From: Clostridia bacterium
GTDB taxonomy: Bacteria; Bacillota; TC1; JBAXCZ01
Length of the DNA stretch: 64,000 nt
Direction: 5' to 3'
Assembly (NCBI GenBank): GCA_037141195.1
Contig: JBAXCZ010000004.1
Coordinates: 37,043 to 101,042, forward strand
The position numbers and the translations under genes were made by a program. This document shows positions 8,564 to 16,951 of the stretch, one piece after another; the first letter of the stretch is position 1, and each line of letters begins with the position of its first letter. Under the pieces are notes generated by a model that saw nothing but the letters and a program-made list of their open reading frames with translations, had not been told where the DNA came from and made no database searches.

Positions 8564-9544
8564 ATGAGTGAAAGAATAATATCTTTCTCAAAAGCAATTA
8601 ACGAAGCATTGATTCAGGAAATGACACGTGATGATAAAGTTTTTATTATCGGAGAAGATGTAGGAAAAATGGGTGGAGATTTCGGTGTTACCAGCGGTAT
8701 TTGGACAAAATGGCCACATCGTGCGAAAGACACAGCACTTTCTGAATCTGCAATTATTGGTCTTTGCTGTGGTAGTGCAATTTGTGGTTTGCGACCTGTA
8801 GCAGAAATGATGTTTGCTGATTTTATTGGGGTTGCATTTGACCAAGTAGTAAATAACGCTGCTAAATTACGCTATATGTTTAATGGAGAGGTAGGAGCAC
8901 AAATTGTTATCCGCGCAGTACAGGGTGGAGGTATTCGTTGTGCTTATCATCATTCTCAATGTATAGAGCCTTGGTTTATGAACACACCAGGCTTGGTTAT
9001 TGTAGCTCCAGCAACGCCTGCAGAGGCAAAAGGTTTACTGATAGCTTCTATAAGGAGTGATAATCCAGTAATCTTTTTAGAACATAAAATGCTCTATAAT
9101 AATAAAGGTATTGTAGATGAAGCCTGTGAAGAAATGCCATTATACAAAGCTCATATTGAGTGTGAAGGTAGTGACATTACGGTAATAGCAGCCATGACTA
9201 TGTTGCCTTTAGCCTTAGAAGCTTCAAAAATATTAAAAAAAGAGGGTATATCTTTAGAGGTAATTAATCCACGCACTATTGTACCATTAGATAAAGCAAC
9301 AATTCTTGCTTCAGTTGCTAAAACTGGGAGATTAGTTATTGTGCAAGAAGGCCCTAAGGTTTTGGGCTATGCGGCAGAAATATCTGCAATGTTGGCTGAA
9401 GATTTATTTGAATATCTTAAAGCGCCAATTAAAAGAGTAACCTCAAAAGATGTGCCTATGCCATTTGCACCAAAAATGGAAGATTACGTTTTGCCGAAAA
9501 GTTCCGATGTTCTTCGCGCCTGCAGAGAAACGATGAATTTTTAG
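8564..9544 (+). CDS. TPP-dependent dehydrogenase E1 beta subunit (AcoB/PdhB-like)
   Basis: Transketolase-like pyrimidine-binding and C-terminal domains. The gene follows the alpha subunit with a 2-nt gap. Confidence 0.85.
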   Translation: MSERIISFSKAINEALIQEMTRDDKVFIIGEDVGKMGGDFGVTSGIWTKWPHRAKDTALSESAIIGLCCGSAICGLRPVAEMMFADFIGVAFDQVVNNAAKLRYMFNGEVGAQIVIRAVQGGGIRCAYHHSQCIEPWFMNTPGLVIVAPATPAEAKGLLIASIRSDNPVIFLEHKMLYNNKGIVDEACEEMPLYKAHIECEGSDITVIAAMTMLPLALEASKILKKEGISLEVINPRTIVPLDKATILASVAKTGRLVIVQEGPKVLGYAAEISAMLAEDLFEYLKAPIKRVTSKDVPMPFAPKMEDYVLPKSSDVLRACRETMNF

Positions 9545-9610
9545 AACAAAAAATGGCAGTTAGAAGTTCTAAAAATGGTGCACTTCTTTAGCAAGGGTGG
9601 TGATGATTAG

Positions 9611-10777
9611 TTGAAAGAGTTTTTGGAATTTGATGTAGTTGTAATTGGAGCTGGTGTTTGCGGCATTGCAACAGCCTTAAGTTTAGCAGAGACAGGTGCT
9701 AAGGTAGCTGTATTAGAGAAAGGAGAAATATGTTCTGGTGCATCTAGCACTAATCCTGGATTTTGTGTGCTTAGTTACAGGGAAGATGCTTACTTAATGC
9801 AACTTGCTTTGGACCAGCAAAAACAATGGGTAGAATTTGCTGCACGGATTGGCTGTGAACTGGAATATAAGCAAAAAGGCGGCTTAATTATCTTGAATAA
9901 TCAAGAAGAATCAGCTGCTTTAGAGCAGTTGATGGAGAAATGTCGAAGTTTTGGCTTGAAAGAGATTGAAATGTTAAATAGCAAAAAAACTAAATTAATT
10001 GAACCTTACATTAATGAAAAAGCTATTGTAGGCAGTGTGTATTGCCAAGCAGAAGGAATGATTAATCCGTTCAAGTTAAATATTGCAATGGCTGATTATG
10101 CAAAAAAATTAGGGGTTGAGTTTTTTCTTTGTACTCAAGTTAATGGATTTGAAAAAAATAAGCAAGAAATAACTCTGATTAAAACAAATAGAGGAAACTT
10201 TAAGTCTAGCTTAGTAGTATTAGCTGCTGGCGCTTGGACTAGTCCAATAATAGAGCTTTTGCAAGAAAAAATTCCAGTTTTTTTCGATAAAGGTGAAGCA
10301 ATGGTTAGTATGCAAGTTGATAAGTTAGTTTATCACTCGATAACTGACGGCGGGTTGTTCATCCCATCAAATGAAAAAATGGTAATTGGAGCTTGCTTGG
10401 GGCAAACGAATTCTGGAAATATTGTGTTAGCACAAGCAACCACCAAGACAAATAAATATGATACAGCATCCACACCAACGGGAATGTCTAAGGTAGCAGA
10501 AAAGGCAGTTAGCTTATTCCCAAAATTAGCAGAAATAGATATTTTGCGGATGTGGAGTGGATTAATAGCATATACACAAGATCGAAAACCGGTTTTTGGA
10601 TTTATGAATGGTATAAATAACCTGCTGATAATTGCTGGTTTCCACAGTGCTATTGGAATTTCTCCGAAAATTGGAGCATTAGTTGCAGAATATTATATGA
10701 CAGGAAAATTACAGCAAGGTGTCTTGGGGTATTCACCAAAGAGGTTTGATGTTTTGAAAAAAAATGACAGCACTTAA
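9611..10777 (+). CDS. FAD-dependent oxidoreductase, DAO family (HcnC/OoxB/SoxB-like)
   Basis: N-terminal dinucleotide fold DVVVIGAGVCG...VLEKG..CSGAS. The ORF is 388 aa and starts with TTG. Confidence 0.8.
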   Translation: MKEFLEFDVVVIGAGVCGIATALSLAETGAKVAVLEKGEICSGASSTNPGFCVLSYREDAYLMQLALDQQKQWVEFAARIGCELEYKQKGGLIILNNQEESAALEQLMEKCRSFGLKEIEMLNSKKTKLIEPYINEKAIVGSVYCQAEGMINPFKLNIAMADYAKKLGVEFFLCTQVNGFEKNKQEITLIKTNRGNFKSSLVVLAAGAWTSPIIELLQEKIPVFFDKGEAMVSMQVDKLVYHSITDGGLFIPSNEKMVIGACLGQTNSGNIVLAQATTKTNKYDTASTPTGMSKVAEKAVSLFPKLAEIDILRMWSGLIAYTQDRKPVFGFMNGINNLLIIAGFHSAIGISPKIGALVAEYYMTGKLQQGVLGYSPKRFDVLKKNDST

Positions 10778-10901
10778 AAATCTTAAGAACTAAAAAGTTA
10801 AAAAACCAAGAGTGTACCTAGAGAAATAAGCAGATAAGCAGATAATAAGTATATGAGAATAGGATGTATTTACAAGAATGAGAAATAGGGGATGTTGAGG
10901 C

Positions 10902-11711
10902 ATGAGTTTAATTGAGTATCATCCAGGAAAATCATTTATGCATAAACTAGATCCAAGAGTTAAAATATTCATGATGTCAATATTAACAATTGTGATATTT
11001 ATGGTACAAAATTTTTATGTGATAGCAGCATTGTTTATTACATTTTTAGCATTATGGAATAATGCTAAATTACCAGCTAAAAATCTCAAAAATTACTTCA
11101 TATTCATGATAGGCTTACTAGGTTTTATTATATTATTGCAAACCTTATTTTATCCAGGAAGCCATTACATCCTCAAACCTCTAATTCCGAATTTTGTACC
11201 ATTGATAGGTGGAATGGGAGCATTGAAATGGGAAGGATTTCTATTCGGTTTATTATTAGGCCTTAGATTAATAACATTAATAGTATTAATGCCATTAGTA
11301 ACCATGACAACACCAATACATTTATTAGCATTAGGGTTAGTTAGACTAGGAATGAGTTACAAAATAGCCTTTATGACAACTACAGCTATTAACCTAATTC
11401 CAACCTTTGAAAGTGAAACACAAGTAATAATGGATGCGCAAAAAATGCGAGGAATGAAAGATTTCGAAGAAGGCGGAATATTAAAAAAAATGAAAGCTTA
11501 CCCAGCATTAGTAGTTCCTTTAGTAATAGGAGCCATGAGAAGAGCTCAAATGATGGGAGTAGCCATGGATGCTAGAGCATTTGGCGCATATCAGACTAGA
11601 ACCTACATTGAAGATATAAAAATGCAAAAAAAAGATTATCTAGTAATTATTTTGATAGCCATTTATGCAGTAGCTGCAGTAGTAATAAACTATATGCTAC
11701 AAGGGAGGTAA
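10902..11711 (+). CDS. ECF transporter transmembrane T component (EcfT/CbiQ family)
   Basis: Polytopic membrane protein with the C-terminal MRRAQMMGVAMDARAFG coupling motif. Confidence 0.85.
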   Translation: MSLIEYHPGKSFMHKLDPRVKIFMMSILTIVIFMVQNFYVIAALFITFLALWNNAKLPAKNLKNYFIFMIGLLGFIILLQTLFYPGSHYILKPLIPNFVPLIGGMGALKWEGFLFGLLLGLRLITLIVLMPLVTMTTPIHLLALGLVRLGMSYKIAFMTTTAINLIPTFESETQVIMDAQKMRGMKDFEEGGILKKMKAYPALVVPLVIGAMRRAQMMGVAMDARAFGAYQTRTYIEDIKMQKKDYLVIILIAIYAVAAVVINYMLQGR

Positions 11712-11714
11712 GAA

Positions 11715-12578
11715 ATGGCAGAAGCAATGATAAAAATAGAAAATTTGAGTTATCGGTACCCAAGAACAAAGAAGTGGGTATTAAAAGATATTAGTATAGA
11801 AATTCATAAAGGTGAGTTTATTGCTATTATGGGAGAAAATGGTGCTGGCAAAACAACTTTTTGCCAATGTCTAAATGGAGTAATCCCACATTCACATGAA
11901 GGAAAACTAAAAGGTGTAGTGATTGTAGATGGAATGGTGACTGCAGAAACACCAATTTCCAAGTTAGCTGATAGCATAGGTATGGTATTAGAAGATCCAG
12001 AAACACAATTATTTACTACAATAATTAGAAACGAAGTAGCGTTTGGTCCAGAAAACCTCAACATTCCCATCGATGAAATCAAACGAAGAGTAAACTGGGC
12101 ATTAGAGGTAGTAGGACTAACGGAATATATTGATGAAGCTCCAACGGCACTATCTGGGGGGCAGAAACAAAGATTAGCTATAGCTGCTGCTTTAGCCATG
12201 TTACCTAAAGTATTAGTATTAGATGAACCAACCTCTCAACTAGACCCAATTGGTACGAGAGAAGTTTATAATGTAATCCGCGAAATCAGAGAAAAGCATG
12301 ATATTACCATCGTGATGGCAACCCATAAAAGTGAAGAAATAGCAGAATTTGCCGATAAGGTATTAGTAATCAAGGATGGCCAAGTAGCTGCATTTGATAA
12401 ACCCTGGAATATCTTTAACGATGAACAACTACTAAAAGACAATTGGATAAGACCGCCACAAGTCTCAGCATTAACCAATTACCTAAATGATCGAGGAGAA
12501 ATGTTGGAAAAATTTCCAGTTTTATTAGAGGATGCAGTAACAGAAATAATGAAGTGGTATAAAGGAGAACGAGTATGA
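11715..12578 (+). CDS. ECF transporter ATPase component A
   Basis: Walker A GENGAGKTT, signature LSGGQKQR and Walker B LVLDEPTS. Confidence 0.9.
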   Translation: MAEAMIKIENLSYRYPRTKKWVLKDISIEIHKGEFIAIMGENGAGKTTFCQCLNGVIPHSHEGKLKGVVIVDGMVTAETPISKLADSIGMVLEDPETQLFTTIIRNEVAFGPENLNIPIDEIKRRVNWALEVVGLTEYIDEAPTALSGGQKQRLAIAAALAMLPKVLVLDEPTSQLDPIGTREVYNVIREIREKHDITIVMATHKSEEIAEFADKVLVIKDGQVAAFDKPWNIFNDEQLLKDNWIRPPQVSALTNYLNDRGEMLEKFPVLLEDAVTEIMKWYKGERV

Positions 12579-13405
12579 AGAGCGTTGTCTTGAAAATCGA
12601 TGATTTAAGCTATAAATATAGCACTGGGAGCACGGCCTTAGAGCATATAAATATAGAAATTTATGAAAACGAATTTGTGGCAATTATTGGTCAGAATGGA
12701 GCAGGCAAATCCACCCTGCTAAAGAATATTACTGGGTTATTAACACCAACAGTAGGAAATACATATGTAAATGGAAGAAATACAAAAGATCTCACCGTAT
12801 CAAAAATAGCTATGGAAATAGGGTTTGTCTTACAGAATCCTGATCGACAATTATTTGCTGAAACAGTAGAAGAAGAAGTAGCTTATGGACTAAAAAATGC
12901 AAAGTTACCAGCAGATTTAATAGAACAGAAGGTGGTAGAATCACTAACTGCAGTTGGCTTACAAGATAAAAGGAAAGAATTTCCACCAGCATTAAGTAAA
13001 GGAGATAGAGCAAAAGTAGTAATTGCCTCTGTAATTGCTATGGGGGCAAAGATCATAATATTAGATGAGCCAACAAGTGGTCAAGATTATCGGGGCTGTT
13101 ATCAAATTATGAACATAGCGAAGGAATTACATAAAATGGGAAGAACAATAGTTTTTGTTACCCATAATATGTCCTTAGTAGCAGAGTATGCCAAGCGAAT
13201 CATCGTAATGTCTAGAAAAAGAGTGATGATGGATAGCGATGCAGAAGATGTTTTTAGCCAGCCAGAAAAATTAGCAACCACCAATATAACACCTCCGCAA
13301 ATAACTTTATTAGCAAGTAAACTGCAGGAATTCATACCCATAAAAAAGACGGTGCTTTTTATAGATGAGCTTGGCGATGAATTACTCGTGCTTCATAGAA
13401 AGTAG
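12575..13405 (+). CDS. ECF transporter ATPase component A'
   Basis: Walker A GQNGAGKST and Walker B IILDEPTSGQD. The start overlaps the upstream stop by 4 nt. Confidence 0.9.
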   Translation: MKSVVLKIDDLSYKYSTGSTALEHINIEIYENEFVAIIGQNGAGKSTLLKNITGLLTPTVGNTYVNGRNTKDLTVSKIAMEIGFVLQNPDRQLFAETVEEEVAYGLKNAKLPADLIEQKVVESLTAVGLQDKRKEFPPALSKGDRAKVVIASVIAMGAKIIILDEPTSGQDYRGCYQIMNIAKELHKMGRTIVFVTHNMSLVAEYAKRIIVMSRKRVMMDSDAEDVFSQPEKLATTNITPPQITLLASKLQEFIPIKKTVLFIDELGDELLVLHRK

Positions 13406-13412
13406 GCGATGT

Positions 13413-14198
13413 ATGCGGATTGATGCTCATACACATATTACTTATCCAGCAAATATTTTATATGAAAAAATGCGGGCATTAAACTTTAATAAAGTAGTTG
13501 TATGCTCTGCTGGAGTTGCAAGAGGAGAAAAAATCACAACTTTCTCAGCTGCTAAAACAATGATGAGAAAAATTGGCTTAGCACAAAACCATGCTCAGTC
13601 CCAAACTATTGCAGAAATAAATAAGGAATTAGCAGAAGTAATTTCAGGGTATCAAGACCTTTTCATTGGTTTTGCAAAGCTGGATTTATTTCAAGAAAAC
13701 ATGAAAATGGATTTAGCGAGAGCAGTAGATTTAGGATTACAAGGCATTGGGGAAATAATTGGCATTCATCAAAACATAGATAAACTTGAGCTTGTTTTAC
13801 AGGTTGCCCATGAAGCTGAACTACCAGTATTTATTCATTGCGATTATCCAGTAGATAGTAACGATTTGACAAGCTTATTTAAGATTATTCCGAAATATAC
13901 TCAAGCTAAGATTATAATTGGTCACTTAGGTGGAGATTATTGGTTAGAGGTAATTGAACAAGCAAAAAAAATTAGCAATGTATACGTTGACACTTCAGAG
14001 GTGGTTAATCAGATTGCTTTACAAGTTGCAGTAAATACATTGCCAGAAAGGGTTTTATACGCTTCTGATTTCCCATGGGATGCTCCAGAAGCAATGCTGA
14101 CCAGAATAAATTGCTTAAAAAATAATGATGGTGTGAAAGCACAAGTTTTGGGTTTGAATTTTTTAAGAATCTTAAAGGGCGAAAAGCTCGTAAGATAA
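13413..14198 (+). CDS. amidohydrolase_2 (PF04909-like) TIM-barrel metal hydrolase/decarboxylase family
   Basis: Has the MRIDAHTHI N-terminus typical of this family. I prefer the ATG at 13413, after the upstream stop, over the overlapping track start at 13365. Confidence 0.6.
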   Translation: MRIDAHTHITYPANILYEKMRALNFNKVVVCSAGVARGEKITTFSAAKTMMRKIGLAQNHAQSQTIAEINKELAEVISGYQDLFIGFAKLDLFQENMKMDLARAVDLGLQGIGEIIGIHQNIDKLELVLQVAHEAELPVFIHCDYPVDSNDLTSLFKIIPKYTQAKIIIGHLGGDYWLEVIEQAKKISNVYVDTSEVVNQIALQVAVNTLPERVLYASDFPWDAPEAMLTRINCLKNNDGVKAQVLGLNFLRILKGEKLVR

Positions 14199-14220
14199 AA
14201 AATTTCAAGGGGGCAAGAAG

Positions 14221-14961
14221 ATGAAAGAGAACAAAGTTGGAGACAAAAGACTGTTAGGAAGCATCCATCCAGCGGTAATAGCAGTGTGGGCAGCTGTAAT
14301 CGCAGCATCATGCATGTTACCATCAATCCCGCTACTAGGAACAGGTGGGACATTTTCCATTGCTACAGCACTAGTTCCATTGGCAGGTGTTTTATTTGGG
14401 CCAATTGGAGGAGCAATATGTGCAGCAATAGGAGGATTTATTGGACAATTGATTGCTCCACATATTGCCTGGATGGGATTAGCAACATTTTCCATTGGCG
14501 TAATCAATGCATTTTGTTCAGGTCTAATTAGCAGAGGTAAATGGCCATATGCAGTAGGCGTTCTAGGAATTGGAACAGTATTATGGTTTAGTACTGCAAC
14601 CGGTAGAGCAGTACCACTCTTTGCCATAGTATTTTATGGCGCTGGCTTACTTGTAACTGTTGTAGGTGGAATGTTCGCGAAAAAATGGTTACTTGGCAAA
14701 AATATTGCTTTAAAAACAGTAGCTGTATGGATATGTTCATTTGCAGGATTAGTAGGCGCAGCATCTATCGCTAATTATTTTGCCTTGACTATGTTCCAAA
14801 CACCAGCAGAGGTTTGGACAGTATTAACAGTAATGTCACCAATTGAGCGGACAATATTTGCAGTAGGCTCAGCAATAGTAGGGGTACCTTTGCTAGTTGG
14901 TTTGCCAAAGATTGGAATTTTCGTAGGACCACAGACAGTAGAAGTGGATGACGAAGAATAG
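14221..14961 (+). CDS. ECF S-component-like integral membrane protein, substrate unknown
   Basis: A 246-aa Gly/Ala-rich protein with about 6 TM helices, adjacent to ecfT/A/A'. An AAGGGGG RBS precedes it. Confidence 0.6.
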   Translation: MKENKVGDKRLLGSIHPAVIAVWAAVIAASCMLPSIPLLGTGGTFSIATALVPLAGVLFGPIGGAICAAIGGFIGQLIAPHIAWMGLATFSIGVINAFCSGLISRGKWPYAVGVLGIGTVLWFSTATGRAVPLFAIVFYGAGLLVTVVGGMFAKKWLLGKNIALKTVAVWICSFAGLVGAASIANYFALTMFQTPAEVWTVLTVMSPIERTIFAVGSAIVGVPLLVGLPKIGIFVGPQTVEVDDEE

Positions 14962-14987
14962 AAATATAGTTAGCAATTAATTAGGAG

Positions 14988-15051
14988 GGAGTTGCATGCT
15001 CTTTAGTTTACAAAAAAAGTAACCTAGAAATTGTGTGCAGCTCCTTTTTTT
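14988..15051 (+). terminator. weak terminator-like hairpin with a large loop
   Basis: GGAGTTGCA pairs with TGCAGCTCC across a 39-nt loop, followed by T7. Confidence 0.3.
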
Positions 15052-15077
15052 AATTCGATCGCAAAGAGGAGTAGATA

Positions 15078-15398
15078 ATGGCTAGAGTAAGTAAACATCC
15101 AATTCTAGAAATAAAGCAAAAAAAAGAATTTTATATAACTTACAATGCACAACAGCTAAAGGCCTTAGAAGGTGAGACAATTGCCGCAACTCTTTTAGCA
15201 AATGGGATAAGAATATTTAGATATACAAGTAAATATCAGGAACCGCGAGGTCTTTTTTGTGGAATAGGTCAGTGTACAGATTGCATCATGGAAGTAAATG
15301 GAAAGCCAAATATCAGAACATGTATCACAATTGTCGAACCAGATATGAAGGTATGCACTCAAGTAGGATCTGGCAAATGGGGTGAAAAAAATGCGTGA
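15078..15398 (+). CDS. (2Fe-2S)-binding small subunit (HcnA / sarcosine-oxidase-alpha N-terminal-like)
   Basis: A 106-aa ORF with the Cys cluster CGIGQCTDCIMEVNG...RTC. Confidence 0.75.
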   Translation: MARVSKHPILEIKQKKEFYITYNAQQLKALEGETIAATLLANGIRIFRYTSKYQEPRGLFCGIGQCTDCIMEVNGKPNIRTCITIVEPDMKVCTQVGSGKWGEKNA

Positions 15399-16476
15399 AT
15401 ATGATGTGATAATCATTGGAGCAGGGCCAGCGGGGCTAGGAGCTGCGATTGAATTAGCTAAGGCCGGAGCGAGGCCATTGCTAATTGATGAAAACTCTAA
15501 GCCAGGAGGGCAACTATTCAAACAAATTCACAAATTTTTTGGCTCGAAGGAACACTATGCAGGTACTAGAGGCTATATAATTGGTGAAAATCTATTAAAA
15601 GAAGCAGCTGAATTAGGAGTAGAAATTCTCTTAAATACAAGAGTTTGGGGAATCTATCCAGATAATAGCATAACAATAGTAACAGCAGCATACAGCGAGC
15701 GATTAAAGGCTAGATTTATCATTATAGCAACAGGAGCATCAGAAAATGCACTTAGTTTTCCTGGTTGTACCATGCCAGGAGTAATAACTGCAGGAGCAGC
15801 ACAGACATTTGTAAATATTTATCATGTTTTACCTGGCAAGAAAGTTGTTGTAGTTGGGTCTGGAAATGTAGGACTTATAGTAGCGTATCAATTAATGCAA
15901 GCAGGAGCAAAAGTTGAGGCTATTATTGAAGCAATGCCAAAAATTTCTGGCTACGCAGTACATGCAGCAAAAGTAAAAAGAGCTGGAGTTCCAGTGATAT
16001 TAAGTCATACAATAGTAAAAGCTGTTGGTGATAGCGAGCTCGAGGGAGTTATTATTGGCAAGCTAGATGATCAAATGCAGCATATCCAAGGTTCAGAAAA
16101 GTTAATTGAAGCAGATACTATATGCATAGCAGTAGGCTTAACCCCAAGAATAGAGCTTGCAGCTTTGGGAAATTGCAAGCTGCAATATTCACCTATCCTA
16201 GGTGGAATGTTGCCATGGCATAACAGTAATTTGGAAACAAGTCAAGAGAGCATCTTTGTGGCAGGTGATGTGGCAGGAATTGAAGAAGCCAGCACAGCCT
16301 TAGATGAAGGTCGCTTAGCAGGAGTTACAGTCGCACTAAAATTAGGGTTAATAGATGTCAAAGTTTTCAAAATACAAGATGAAATAATCAAGAATAGGCT
16401 CAACTCTTTAAGGCAAGGTACTTTTGGTGAAAAGCGCAGAAAAGCGAAACATGAAATCTGGGAAGCTAAAAATTAG
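15391..16476 (+). CDS. NAD(P)/FAD-dependent oxidoreductase (HcnB/OoxA/PDH1-alpha-like)
   Basis: Two dinucleotide folds, DVIIIGAGPAG and VVVVGSGNVG. The ATG at 15391 overlaps the upstream stop (ATGCGTGA), and the RBS is GGGGTGA. Confidence 0.8.
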   Translation: MREYDVIIIGAGPAGLGAAIELAKAGARPLLIDENSKPGGQLFKQIHKFFGSKEHYAGTRGYIIGENLLKEAAELGVEILLNTRVWGIYPDNSITIVTAAYSERLKARFIIIATGASENALSFPGCTMPGVITAGAAQTFVNIYHVLPGKKVVVVGSGNVGLIVAYQLMQAGAKVEAIIEAMPKISGYAVHAAKVKRAGVPVILSHTIVKAVGDSELEGVIIGKLDDQMQHIQGSEKLIEADTICIAVGLTPRIELAALGNCKLQYSPILGGMLPWHNSNLETSQESIFVAGDVAGIEEASTALDEGRLAGVTVALKLGLIDVKVFKIQDEIIKNRLNSLRQGTFGEKRRKAKHEIWEAKN

Positions 16477-16486
16477 GGGTGACTGC

Positions 16487-16771
16487 ATGGATAGAGAAGA
16501 AGTCTGCAGATGCGAGGAAGTTACAAGAGAAGATATATTAAGCAGTATTAAGAATGGTGATAGAAGTTTAGAAGCGGTAAAAAAACGTACAAGAGCAGGC
16601 ATGGGATTCTGTCAAGGAAGAACATGTAAAAGGCTAATAGCAAGAATACTAAGTGAATATTATGATTTACCAATAGATACTTTTTTACCTGGTAGTATTC
16701 GTATACCAGTTGGTCCTTTAAGCTTAAAAATGATTGCAACTACTAAGGGTGGAGCGGACGCTGATAACTAA
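16487..16771 (+). CDS. BFD-like (2Fe-2S)-binding domain protein
   Basis: CRCEEVT...GFCQGRTC motif. I prefer the ATG at 16487, with an AGGGGTGA RBS, over the overlapping track start at 16424. Confidence 0.7.
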   Translation: MDREEVCRCEEVTREDILSSIKNGDRSLEAVKKRTRAGMGFCQGRTCKRLIARILSEYYDLPIDTFLPGSIRIPVGPLSLKMIATTKGGADADN

Positions 16772-16951
16772 TTTCCTCCAAATCTTGCTAGTGTCTGTGA
16801 TGAAGAAACATATTTTGTTATTTTCTATTTATCCAGAAAAAGGTTACTTTTATGGCTGTAGATAATTGCTTGAAGAAATAAAAAAATATTTAGCTTGAGA
16901 GTACTTATGCTTAGATTCCATCAAAGTCTGAGAAAATTGTGGGGTGAGTTG

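Noticed and set aside
10835-10852. The short tandem AAGCAGAT-AAGCAGAT upstream of ecfT.
   Set aside because: There are only two 8-nt units in AT-rich intergenic DNA. It is not palindromic and has no second occurrence, which is insufficient for a regulatory call.
14205-14627. A 140-aa minus-strand ORF, together with the +2 frame ORF 14286-14531, inside the S-component gene.
   Set aside because: It is fully antisense or overlapping to a better-supported membrane-protein ORF, has no RBS, and has a low-complexity Pro/Ala-rich translation typical of the antisense frame of Gly/Ala-rich genes. The same reasoning applies to the other short antisense ORFs in the track, for example 124-429, 3787-4131, 11804-12199, 21831-22229, 36439-36804, 54916-55359 and 56250-56630.
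15382-16476. The HcnB-like and BFD-like ORFs considered as a frameshifted pseudogene.
   Set aside because: The downstream ORF has its own ATG with an AGGGGTGA RBS placed just after the upstream stop. Both ORFs are intact. A natural two-gene arrangement is more parsimonious, but sequence reads should be checked.
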